From assembly GCA_946965045.2 (NCBI GenBank), contig OX337230.1, positions 3,906,001 through 3,970,000 on the forward strand: DNA of 64,000 nt, in the 5' to 3' direction. Source of the stretch: Epithemia pelagica (lineage: Eukaryota; Protista; Bacillariophyta). The notes below the pieces were generated by a model. It ran no database searches. It saw nothing but the letters and a program-made list of their open reading frames with translations, and was not told where the DNA came from. Of this stretch, positions 22,001 through 30,662 are shown piece by piece (positions within the stretch are counted from its first letter, which is position 1; every line of letters begins with the position of its first letter). The position numbers were made by a program, and so were the translations under genes.

Positions 22001-22892
22001 GGTCAAGACAAGGGGAACGGCCATGGGGAGCTGTGGACAAGGACAAGTTGGAGATGTCGATGTCCAGGGCGTCGATGTTGCCTGGAGTGGGAGGCAGAAG
22101 GATGCTGCGAGTGGAGGAGGCAACAGAGGTTTGGTCATGGTGTTCGTCGTCGTCGTTGTTGTTGTCGTCTTCCGCAAAGGGTTTGCCGTCTTCACTCGAA
22201 TCATCAGCAAGGCCAAAATAACAATCAACGGTGTCGGAGTGATCACCAAAACAATCAGCGACAGTGTCGGTTTCAATCCACAGGGGAGCATCGGCACTTG
22301 GAGAGGAGTTGGTGCTCGGTGGTTTGGAGGACGACGAAAGGGAGACGGCGTCATCGTCGTCTTCTTTGTCGGTGGGAGAAAACTCATCCCAGAAGGAGTC
22401 AGGGATGGAGTTGGAGGAGTTTTCGTCGTTTGCGGAAGGAGGAGACGTGTTCTCGTTTTCGGTTTCGTCTTGGTCGCTGCATTCAACGCAGACGAGTTCG
22501 TCCATGTCGATGACCGCGGCCCAGGCGGAGGGGTCAAAGTCGACGGCCAGGGTGTGGGCTTGGGCTTGGCGGTTGTTTCGATTGTTGTTGTTGTTGCGGC
22601 GCCTGTTGGGAACGGGGCCATTGTGGGTGTCGGTGGTGTGGGTGGGCGTCCAACGTTCGCAGATACCACACCAGTTGTATGTTTTGCCATCGCTCTGTTT
22701 TTGGGTTGGTTGGTCGCCGGTGGGTGCGATTTTCTTCCAGTTCGTGGATGAGGAGCTGTTGTTGCTGCGGTTGTTGTTGGTGCGAGCATTTCGTCCGCCT
22801 TGGTTGCCTCTTCCATCACGGCCACCACGGTTGGATCGTTGCTGGGAGTTGGATTGGGAGTTGGAGCGACGGTTGGAGTTTTGCCCGGAGTT
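16083..22892 (-). CDS. Copia polyprotein after the gag stop (end of Gag, long spacer, protease, integrase, RT, RNase H)
   Basis: IIWDSGAS (PR); HQRLCH..CAAC, VSVDH, TDNG and QNGVAER (IN); KARYCVRGD, LYGL and WVDD (RT); YVDADF, EDN and ADYLTK (RH). The frame is open from the gag TAG through Met 22505. Confidence 0.93.
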   Translation of the reverse strand, partial: NSGQNSNRRSNSQSNSQQRSNRGGRDGRGNQGGRNARTNNNRSNNSSSSTNWKKIAPTGDQPTQKQSDGKTYNWCGICERWTPTHTTDTHNGPVPNRRRNNNNNRNNRQAQAHTLAVDFDPSAWAAVIDMDELVCVECSDQDETENENTSPPSANDENSSNSIPDSFWDEFSPTDKEDDDDAVSLSSSSKPPSTNSSPSADAPLWIETDTVADCFGDHSDTVDCYFGLADDSSEDGKPFAEDDNNNDDDEHHDQTSVASSTRSILLPPTPGNIDALDIDISNLSLSTAPHGRSPCLDRQANTTNDSSITSVPTRVHNTPTSTDHRREANFAAAFRHIPTTPHPTAPYTRPFVPFSRPFGHPSAMALEFDYGSLPLEYINFPFLGEDTTPIDPDDAIHHDHHHADASSFDESTVNSGASTTTATTANETAATTTIEVSLPVPAPTALIISLPQAPADATTADDPDDDDNDNTSADEEDDDTVDDDDSPDPPPDDDQDPNYDADRDDDSNGGPTSQDNTDAPSDAAVPSNTSGEPTKSSTPPSNDDDSSYDLLASDTDAATGSTPAENLDSSTVSVISSISVTTDSADISTPQDRTPLRAPLARPPTPFNRHLDAWRTAVAAPAEPTTPRTNALGLYSPVEPTAVPSSPPSHTTRPRRTFDTDDPAVRIQCMERAVARLIHVHTAINKEEDLSQLSPLRDQLEQARTSVRFHLETLRHDESVPNSRLGALDPPLSIQYTFAWEMATNPHYTATQMQCETTCIPDPPPSKRIKFEPHANLACVQPTTQPNKQPPSRRPPVSRPRYPRNRHQDPLASQFSLIVSFSALIVASLSWLHPTVLLHHLWYYGCCIPLTLSWIGEFLLTHRFLPRSKHHLRPRRHPWAHPMMSHASSRACSSLADWFVASFRTWWIHHYPNLCSTPEGESPPNNGAPQRARHPNRSIRHRRRQRRGNQQHTHGPSHQDSISEPQLCALINQLGESEALKMALQAPAKFRSAMENQNSSSFPIIWDSGASIAVSNTKSDFVGSIRKVRPDLQLKGVAQGVPINGLGTVHWSVMDTRGNLRTLKLLALFIPSANCRLLSTTHLLQQYPGETITLQDCGLTLSGIQDDSNRTPVFATINPTNNLPTCYGYGKDGIHRSIRALVTTVTVVRERNLNLTEPQKEWLRWHQRLCHMNFRTIQFLFKSGVLSRSASNRQLHTAICKLRSPPMCAACQYGKQRQRSTPGQTVTKVLDRDGALKNNDLFPGQSVSVDHFICSTKGRLFMSKGKTKDEKMFCGGCIFVDHASGHINTHETLHAKLTFEQRCKDVGVVPQRYHTDNGSCFTAQDYTRQLETFAQIRSYAGVGAHHQNGVAERAIQTIMSMARTMMLHASIHWPETADPTLWPMAVSHAVFVFNHVPNPSTGVSPHDIFSRTRWPQKRLHDLHVWGAPVYVLEKRIADGKKLPRWKPRSQRGMNMGLSPNHATTAPLVLNLSTGAITPQYHVVFDDWFATVPTPADNNNTEDISRLDSVFGDMTNHLHSPGYDNDDCVDDAVTSAPLAAVNHRSEDNIFTSMERTVPSVPLSVDTPAVSVPRTPPATPTTQPSTTASSRLAPSASDPLPSPPPVPPPNTPVRDVPPHAATPPKPKPAVSFSEPLVLPSPSSPVPVHSEQRENPAPLSPLRVAPASHPSSPQRESLSSRQPSSQREPPSQREPPSDPPSDAPSARRSNRVRRSPSRLIENMDAAQQSYVANQAEFDDISGFKVAISDPDTLSYEQARQDKDIDHWREAARIEIEELTSKGTWSEVPEEEATSRIIPGTWVFKRKRHPDGTIKKYKARYCVRGDLQEGDFDTYSPVVNWASIRIALVLALARNWAMVCIDFNNAFVQAELKDPVWIHIPRGFSSTKTTKTCLRLHKSLYGLSVAPRLWYQRLRQALLDDGFTQSKLDECVFLKENMMVFLWVDDCGIIAPTMDAINEFVKRLKARGFELSVDSDFAEYLGIHFTRKDGTITMTQPGLIKKIVEATGMTNCNGNFVPASQVCLGSDPDGPPMKEKWNYRSIVGMLLYLSTNTRPDISFAVSQVARFSTNPKQSHAQAIKMIVRYLWRTVDCGTIFRPTTAFKVDCYVDADFMGLHGRESEDESISAKSCTGYIIHFGGCPLVWKSQLQSEIATSTFHAEYVALSQSMRVVVWLQDILFEINHHLDLGNDSPTIFAEVHEDNNSAYLLANNQRLSSRSRSLNNKYHWFWEAVKGTNATVRISKIETTMQRADYLTKGLCRDVFERIRKLNQGW

Positions 22893-24155
22893 CTACTTGG
22901 AGGAACGCTGGGGGCAATCTTTGGCCCAGTGATCTTGGGTGCCACAAATCAGACAGGCTCCTTTTGTGAAAGCACCACCCATGTGCTGCCGAAGGGCCAT
23001 TGCTTGAACTTCGGTTAGTTTGCCGAAGACTTCGGGGGGGACCTTGGTGTCCTTGTTGTTGCTCGACGGTGGCCAGGAGCCGCGGTTGATTGCATCAGAA
23101 TACAAGGAGTCGGCCTTGTCGCAGATATCTTTGAATGACAGTTCGGCGGCTTCGAGATCGGCTTGTTGGTCCTGGTCCGATTTGTAACGGACTTCAAGAA
23201 TCTTGGCTTGGATGAGCGGTTGGAGACTCAACAATCCAAGGTTGTAGAGGCTGTCTCCATTTGCAAGGGAGAACGCTTCTAAGATGCCAAGGGTCAAGGT
23301 TTGTTTGTGAAACCCGGAGGCAAACAAGTCTTCGCAATCTGCTTTCATGTCGGCCGCCATTTCCGTGATGTTTTGGCCGGCGTACATGAATGGGGTCCTG
23401 GAGGCGATCTTGGCGGCGAGTTTGTCATACTTGGTGACTGAATCAGACTGAAGAATGCTGATGAAAGTCATCCAGGTAAGGCAGAACGAGTCGTTGGAAG
23501 AGGTCTTGGTTTTAATTCGCTGGCGGAGCTTGAGGTCGACGGATTCCAAAAGGCACAGACGAGCGGCCGTGTCGTTTTCGGCGTCATATGTGTCAAACTG
23601 TTGGCAATGGGCCGCGGCGTTCTGTTGGACATGGCGCAGGGTGAAGCGAGTGTGCTCCTTCACAATATGGCACATGCGGGTGTTGTCAGCGGGGTCAAGC
23701 ATGTAGGCAATGGTGTCCATGCCGCGGAGAATGAGTGTCTCGTCGAGACGCTTCATGAACTTGTGGAGGTTGTCTCCTTGGCGGAAACAATTCGACAATC
23801 CACCACAGCGGGTTTCGAAACCCGTGATGTCCTTCCCGAAACGACGTTGGTGAGGGGTGCGGGGAAAGGGGGTGGTTCCATTGAATGCGGCTGGATCCAG
23901 GCCTTTCCAATTCGCTAGGGGCTTGCCACCAGTCCAGGCAGCCCATTTATACTCATCGAGTTGGACTAAACCGCCCATTCGAGGGCTTGGAGGCTTGAAC
24001 GGGACGCGTTCGGTTGGTGCAGGGGCTGGAGGAGCAGTGGGAGGCATGGTTCCTTGGGTGGAGGAGTCGTCGGCACGTGGCTCAGCGGATGGATCGCTGG
24101 TGGTTTCGTCTTCACTGTCCGAGAGGAATTGGATTTCCTCTTCGATGGGGAGCAA
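22893..24155 (-). CDS. Copia Gag with CCHC zinc knuckle
   Basis: CLICGTQDHWAKDC (CX2CX4HX4C). It ends at a single in-frame TAG. Confidence 0.9.
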   Translation of the reverse strand: MLPIEEEIQFLSDSEDETTSDPSAEPRADDSSTQGTMPPTAPPAPAPTERVPFKPPSPRMGGLVQLDEYKWAAWTGGKPLANWKGLDPAAFNGTTPFPRTPHQRRFGKDITGFETRCGGLSNCFRQGDNLHKFMKRLDETLILRGMDTIAYMLDPADNTRMCHIVKEHTRFTLRHVQQNAAAHCQQFDTYDAENDTAARLCLLESVDLKLRQRIKTKTSSNDSFCLTWMTFISILQSDSVTKYDKLAAKIASRTPFMYAGQNITEMAADMKADCEDLFASGFHKQTLTLGILEAFSLANGDSLYNLGLLSLQPLIQAKILEVRYKSDQDQQADLEAAELSFKDICDKADSLYSDAINRGSWPPSSNNKDTKVPPEVFGKLTEVQAMALRQHMGGAFTKGACLICGTQDHWAKDCPQRSSK

Positions 24156-24329
24156 GGTGAAGCTTCCTAGGGAACGGGGAGAGTCGTCTTCACGTGGGGA
24201 GGACGACAGCTTGCAAGGGAGGGGGCGGCCGGAGGGGAGATTCAGGCGGCGAGAGGGTTCGAACGGATAAGCAAGAGCTTAGAGGCAAAGGATGCGTGAG
24301 CGGGTAAGGCAGTAAAGGGCGTAATAACC

Positions 24330-24708
24330 AGTCAAAGTACACAGGATACTCTGTAGTAGCTAGGGGCAGTACCTATATTGGCGTGGAGGTGATCAAGTCT
24401 CCACGACAATACACTATAGAAGTTGTTTCACAACTTTCTGTTTGTTGACACTATAAGCTCTAGGTTTAGGAACTACATTCGATTCCTCATTTGATTCCTC
24501 ACGAGGAATCAATTCCTCATTTACTCATGGAGGTTAGTTTGGAACCATTGATGCCAATGGCTAGAGCTTGGTTACTATGCGACGGGCAATGCCTTCTCTG
24601 GTAGTAAGGCATTGCTCTTGGATACATAGTGGGGACACGATTCTATGTCTCACAGATTCGAATCGTGACTGCCATATCGCCTGTCCGTCACACTGATTAA
24701 CCGCGACT
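24330..24708 (-). repeat. 5' LTR
   Basis: 379 bp, near-identical to 15663-16041. Confidence 0.95.
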
Positions 24709-25882
24709 CCCATGATATCAACAAACGAGGACGAAACGACTGAAACACATTGCAATTTGTTAAAATCTCGAGCCCAAGCCCTGGCATCCATTGCCTCATG
24801 GCATTTTTTCGGGGGAGAACCTCGAGCTGCAGTGTATGCGTGTCGTATGATGTGTGCCATGGGACCTGCTGTGCGTCAGGCAGAGATTTCGGGGTCGGAA
24901 CTGGGAGTGCCCTTTTTGCGTCTCTTACAAGGTGCCAGTCAATGTCAATCCAAGATTCGTTCAGGAGAAATAGTCAACGAGGCTTTCCTTGGCCCCAACA
25001 GCGAAAAGGTGAGCAAACTCCAAGTTCTCTGTAACGTGGTGTATGCCGTTTTGGATGTCATGATGACTTTACCTTCGGAAAATGACGACCGCGTCTACGA
25101 GGTACTTTCGAATGCCTTGGTACGCCGCGTTCTGTTTGTGACGGGGGCGGTCAACATGGATGGTTGTCCTCCACCCGATCGAGGGGAAGCGGCCTTTATC
25201 GGAAGAAGCAATGTGGGCAAGAGTCGCTTGGTCAATGCCGTGACGAACCGCAAAGCACTGGCCTATACTAGCAAACGACCCGGCAAGACACAACAGTTCA
25301 ACTTTTTTGCCGTCAATGACAAGGTCGGTAGAGAACAAGAAATCAAATACGGCGACATGGTGCATGGAAGCAAGGATGCAGATTCGTTCTATATGGTAGA
25401 CGTAAGTGAAATTGTTGTTTCGTGGACATCTGGAAAGAGTCTGATTGCGCGCTCGTTCTCACACGTGCTGCTTCTACCAGCTTCCCGGATTTGGCTACGC
25501 CAGGGTACCAGAGAAACAACGCAAAGAATGGTCCTCCTTTATGCAAGAATACATTGCAACTCGCCCAACCCTACGAGTCTTGTTTCACTTGATTGATAGT
25601 AGGCATGGTCCAACTGAAGAGGATGCCGCTATTATGAAACAAGTCGAGGAAAACATTCCTCCCACAGCCAAATATGTAATTGTCCTAACAAAGGCGGATA
25701 AGAATAGCAAAGGAGCACCGGAAAACTATTCTGGAAAGGTATCCAACGATGTGATGAGCAAGCTGCGCCAGGTAATGGGAGAAACGTTACAGCATGATGT
25801 TCCTGTTGTTTTGACATCGGCGGAAAGCAAACTCGGCAGAGATAAAATGTGGAGCTATCTTCGCCGTGCTGCCATTTCCTAA
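24709..25882 (+). pseudogene. 3' half of the EngB/YihA GTPase gene (GTPase domain, intron 25402-25480)
   Basis: G1 GRSNVGKS, G2 PGKT, G3 D|LPGFG and G4 TKADK. Confidence 0.88.
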
Positions 25883-25908
25883 ACTGTAGCGCACGGTTCT
25901 CTTAAGTC

Positions 25909-27110
25909 TATCAACTGGTTTCGGTCCCTTGTTTCCCCGACGACATGACCCAATCCGGCATGCGATTCAGTTTCCAATGACTCCGATCGACCTTGTTCCG
26001 TTCGGCCAGGGCAAGCACTTTCAAAAACAGCAGTGTTGCCGGTTCGCCATTGGAACCAATTTCTTCGCAGATAATGTTCAAAACAATCTCATAGGCGCGA
26101 TGTGACGGTGGATCATCGATATCGTACAGCATTTCGACCTTCGAACCTCGGTGGCATTCATTAACAGGGGAGTGGTAAGACTGTCCATTTTTACCAAGAG
26201 ATCCCATGCTTTCTTTGACCAATATAGTTCCTCCGGGGGCGTTTCTCCTTTTTGCTTAGCTTCTTGCCAATAAGCCCATAGGACACGTTTGAAGTCGGCT
26301 CCTTTTACTTGTACACCCAATCAGGGTTCGCAGCTCCAAGTGCGCCAGCCATGTCGTAAAGTGTTGTCCCACTTGCGGAGGAGAAATGAGGGTGAGCAGC
26401 GTCGTATGTTGCGAGGTGCTGGTTAATGACTCCGACTTGGACATGGACGAATCCAGCAAGGCCATGACAAATTCCACGTCACTGACAGAGTTTCGATCGG
26501 ATTTGGGTGTGTCGCATAATAATGGCAGAGCAGATGTTTGCACTGTTCAAGGTACCACCCAGACAGAGGAACTGGAGGACTTTTTCGGTTTGCGAGGCAT
26601 CCAAAATGGTAAAGGTGGGATCTTGTTTGAGTGCAATGTCCAAGAGCTCGATAAAGCGTTCCGAAGCCTCTCGACAATATTCGGGCAAGGTGAATCCAAT
26701 TCCTGCCGGACTGGATTACGACGATGTGGTTGTTGAGCTTGGAGCAAACGGGCAAACGAAAAGAGCATGGGTCGCAACACGTTGAGAGTGGTGGATTGTC
26801 CCACTTTGGTATACTCGTGAATCGCCGTATCCGATTTGGAGTTTTTCGGATTGTCGTCTGGTTTCGATTCAGAGTCTGCTTCTTCTTCTTCTTTTTGTGC
26901 ACGACTGGTCAAAAAGTTGACAATGCCCTGGACGGTTGTTCGCCAAAAACTGTTTGGTTTGCCCTGATCCTTGTCTTGTTCTGCATGAAGTTGCTCCAGG
27001 GATTGTGCCACCAGAGTGTTTTCCATGACTGCCCTACGATCGTGATGGATGCGATGCAACCCTCGAAGAGCCGCCAGTGCCAAATCCAAGAGTTGCATTT
27101 GAGTTCGTCT
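25909..27110 (-). pseudogene. Degraded partial duplicate of the 3' half of the 1040-aa gene at 35326-38448
   Basis: QLLDLALAALRGLHRIHH.. through ..WVMSSGKQ matches 35324-37100, with internal deletions and frameshifts. Confidence 0.88.
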
Positions 27111-27782
27111 CTGTTTTCGGTAGGTGGTTCGTCGTCAAGGGAAAGCTTTGGTTTGGACGACACAGCCCCATCTCGCACAAAGGACTCGAATCATATGGTC
27201 CTCTCGACAGTGTACCACGGCACTCTTTTCAATGGCAACTTGCGCCTTGCAAATCGCTTCGTCGAATGATTTGGAGGCACCATCAAAGTCACCTTGCTTC
27301 AGAAGCGCCCGACCATGTCGTGTTAGTTTCACTTCGAGCGGTGGCCCCCATCTCTATAGAAATGCTCTCCGTTTTTGGAAATGTGCTTAAGGCCATCACG
27401 GCAATCACAGGCCGACACTTCGAATAGACCCAATCATTAACAGTGAGGCTGCTCGTTTCGAATGGAGAACTGCTAACAAATCTCCCAATTGGATACAAGC
27501 TGGGCTTTCGGATAGCATTCTAATACCATGGTATAATGGCGAATTGAAGCCCCGTAGTCACCTTTCATGTAGCACCTTTCATGAAGCACCTTTCATGTAG
27601 CATCGACGAGCGTCTTCCTTGATTGCCGCAATGGAATTCTTCATCTCCATTCTTGCGACCGTGTCACGATGCCCCTCTGTTGTGGAACTGCACCCGACGG
27701 TTGATTGTTGCGCCGAACTCCGTTGCCCTCGAGGAACGTGTTGTTGCCGTAGAGGTGCGTGCAAGACTGCCCCGACGGTTGA

Positions 27783-28700
27783 TTGTTGCGCTGTGTTAAA
27801 CCGACCCCGCTGCCTCGCAGCTCCAGGGTCCGATCGCCAATCAACACGAAACGCCAACAACAACAACAACACGCAACAATCCAACACGCACAAAAAACAA
27901 ATACGAACGAAATACGATTGACCATGATGATGTGTGATTGTGATTACTGTTACGAAAAGATGATCAGCTCCGAATGGGCTCAGTTAGTTGCTCCTTTTGT
28001 GGTTCTCATACTGTGTTACGGTGTCGCTGATGTCCTCGATGAGGCGAAACTAATAGTCCAACACCTGCTTCGGGTCATTTTCAGCAAGAAAAGTCGTACT
28101 ACAAGTAGCGAAACTGCGGAGCTTCGACACGAACATGCGGAGCTTCGACAGCTTCGACACGACAAAGCTCAGCTTCAACAACAGCTGGCCATTGCCGAAG
28201 CAAAGCTTGCTGCGAAGAGCTGCGAGAATGGTCGGCAGGAAGATGGAGAGATCGAGATTCGCGATCGCGAGGAGGAGGTCGACGTCGACACTGTTGCTGT
28301 TCTGCCTTGCGAGTTCGACGCTGACTTGGACTGCCCTCCTCTCGCACTCGCAGAGGATCTCGAGGACGACGAGGTTCCAGTCGACCGTCATGAGCCCGAA
28401 TCCGCGCTCATCCCCGACGACGACGAGATCACTTTGGGGCACGACTCACCCCCTCGAAATCCTACCCCTTCTTCCATGGTCACCACCCCTCCTCCCCCCA
28501 CCCCCACCCGAAAAGATACCTCGCCTCAAATCGATGAGAATGCCCCCCAAAGCGTGATCGAGAGTTCCTCCGGCCCCGAGGACTCGCCGCGTTTGGGCAG
28601 GATCCTTGTTGTTGCCTACTCCAAAAAGGGACGCCGAATGGTGCACGTTCGACGATCCGCTCGTCTTTTGTCCGCGGGTACGGGGTTCGGCTACTTGTAG
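27783..28700 (+). CDS. Orphan protein: TM, coiled coil, acidic/Pro tract, C-terminal RRSARL (likely start near 27924)
   Basis: LVAPFVVLILCYGV hydrophobic segment, ELRQLRHDKAQLQQQL coil and ..MVHVRRSARLL. Confidence 0.5.
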   Translation: MLRCVKPTPLPRSSRVRSPINTKRQQQQQHATIQHAQKTNTNEIRLTMMMCDCDYCYEKMISSEWAQLVAPFVVLILCYGVADVLDEAKLIVQHLLRVIFSKKSRTTSSETAELRHEHAELRQLRHDKAQLQQQLAIAEAKLAAKSCENGRQEDGEIEIRDREEEVDVDTVAVLPCEFDADLDCPPLALAEDLEDDEVPVDRHEPESALIPDDDEITLGHDSPPRNPTPSSMVTTPPPPTPTRKDTSPQIDENAPQSVIESSSGPEDSPRLGRILVVAYSKKGRRMVHVRRSARLLSAGTGFGYL

Positions 28701-28894
28701 TGGTGCTGTTGAAAAAAATCCAAAAAACCCAGAAAAAGAAAAAAATAAAAAAAACAGAAAAGGAAAGAAAAATAACTTGTCGGTTGTCGGTTGCCAGTGG
28801 TACGTGCGCACGGTCGTCGTGTCGGTAATGAATCTTTCCTACTCATCCTAACTCACTCTACCCCTTCTTCTGTTTCTACACATTCCTAAATTCT

Positions 28895-29256
28895 ACTTCA
28901 GCTGAGTCTATCTAGCTAGAGTCCTTGTCTTGTTGGTGTGTCGGTTGTCGGTGTTATCACAAAACCCTGGTGGCACGAGGACTTTGTCCTTGTGTCATCA
29001 GGTATGGCGTATGGCATGGAGACTTCGGTCTCTGTGCCATTGGGGAAGAGTGCCATAGTTGCCCCTGGAGAATCCATTGATTCCTCCGGGCTTCCCTACC
29101 CGCTGTATTTGTGAATAACTTCCTACTCCTACATCAGCTGAGTCTAGCTAGAGTCCTTGTCGGAGATGTCCTTGTTGGTGTGTCGGTTGCCATTGGGGAA
29201 GAGTGCCATAGTTGCCCCTGGAGAATCCATTGATTCCTCCGCTTCCCTACCCGCTG
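28895..29256 (+). repeat. Imperfect tandem dimer containing hairpins and the conserved structured motif
   Basis: CAGCTGAGTCTA..GCTAGAGTCCTTGTC..GTTGGTGTGTCGGTTG and GGGAAGAGTGCCATAGTTGCCCCTGGAGAATCCATTGATTCCTCC each occur twice. Confidence 0.85.
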
Positions 29257-29406
29257 AATCCTAAAATGTTTCTATATAACATGTAGCGGTAACAATAGCA
29301 AGTGGAACATTTGAACATGCACGACAACATTGCTGACTAGTGATTCCTAGGAGTATAGTCTACAATCAGAGAGGATAAATGGTAATTGCTGTTTAAGTGG
29401 CTGGAG

Positions 29407-30540
29407 CTACTTCATGTGCTTCTTTGTGAGCTTTCTTGCCTTCCCTACACCAGCGCGACCCTTCTTTTTCTCCTCTGCCTCTTCACTTTCGCTGGACTGT
29501 TTTCCAAACAGGACAAGGCTTCGCTGTTGTGGCCATGATGATGCAAGACGAGGCTCAAATTGTACCAGGCGGCCGCTAGAGTAATGTCGGGCATGTGATC
29601 GTTCACCAAGGCCTTGTCCAAACCATTGTTGAAAAAGTGCACATGGCCAATATCGAGCAAGGTGCGAGCCAACTTGCGTCGCAATCGCCATGTCTTGCGA
29701 GCCGCCTCGTCATTGTCCTCTTCTACCATTAATTGCGCCAGGGTTTCCGCGTCTTCCTCTTCTTTACTCTTGGCTTTATTGCTTGTTCCTTTTGACTTGA
29801 GACCATTCTTGTTGGTCGCATCCGCACTGGCTTGAGACGCTGCTGTTGTTGCTCATGTTGTCGTAGTCGACTGTTGCTCATGTTGTCGCAGTCGACTGTT
29901 GTTGCTGCTCTTGTTTTTGTTCAATGGACTCGTAGAGGACGGCCAGTGTGGCATTGCCGCGCTTGAGGGTTTCTTGGAGCATGGAAAGGGCCTTTTCGGG
30001 TTTGCGCAACCACAAATGAATTTGGGCCATGTTGTTGACCGAACACAAATCCACGGGGGCAAAATTGAGAGGCGAAAACTTGTGCGACACGGACGCGGTC
30101 AAGCGAAAGAATTGCAGGGCCGTATCGGGTCGACATCAATCTGATAATGAAGCAGGCCCATATTAAAGAGGATCGCCTTGGAACATTCGACGGGTCCGGC
30201 ACAACAGGCGGCTTCTTCTTGCGTGCCCGTCATGTCTGGCATGCAACAACAAGTAGGATTGCAAAGTCCGCAATCGGGCCAATTCGCCTTCAACCGTTTG
30301 ATCTTGGGCTTCAGGAATAGAGACGGGCAAAATCCAATCGTTGGTGGCAATGCCTTGCGGCGTAACCGTTTGCAAGGCCTCGCGCAATTCGGAATCGTCC
30401 ACAAAATCCACGACGGAACGACCGGCCGTAGACACGGGCGTACGAGCCTTTTTGCGAGCCGGAGACGAAGAGGAAGACATGGTAGTAGTGTGTTGTGGTT
30501 GTTGCGTTTGGTTAACAAAGGTCGTTGTTGCATGCTGCAA
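29407..30540 (-). pseudogene. Fragmented TPR-like gene remnants, with a possible GAF-entry segment
   Basis: Broken-frame pieces NMGLLHYQ, VNNMAQIHLW..KALSML, ARTLLDIGHVHF and AAAWYNLSLVLHHHGHNSEALSCL. EGELARLRTLQSYLLL resembles the helix that precedes GAF domains. Confidence 0.55.
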
Positions 30541-30662
30541 GTTGCAAGACTTGTGAGCTCAACTACACAATGTCTCTACTACTACGAGTAGGGTTGTGTT
30601 CGTCTCCCTCCACATCTGATCTGTGGGACAAGCACACGGCCCCAACAACAACGCAATTCTCT

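Larger units (their letters stand above)
15663..24708 (-). mobile_element. Ty1/copia LTR retrotransposon (CoDi-like), full length, recent
   Basis: Paired 379-bp LTRs and a 5-bp target duplication CCCAT (15658-15662 and 24709-24713). Domain order is gag-PR-IN-RT-RH. A purine tract AAGAGGGAG lies next to the 3' LTR and a PBS-like GGTTATTACGCCC next to the 5' LTR. Confidence 0.97.

Noticed and set aside
21167-22945. 592-aa Thr/Pro-rich ORF overlapping the copia gag-pol junction in another frame
   Set aside because: Best explained as a shadow of the stop-poor, low-complexity pol frame. It has no domain and I saw no slippery site.
27559-29256. Autonomous Penelope, DIRS or non-LTR element
   Set aside because: No reverse transcriptase, endonuclease or recombinase motifs found in this block.
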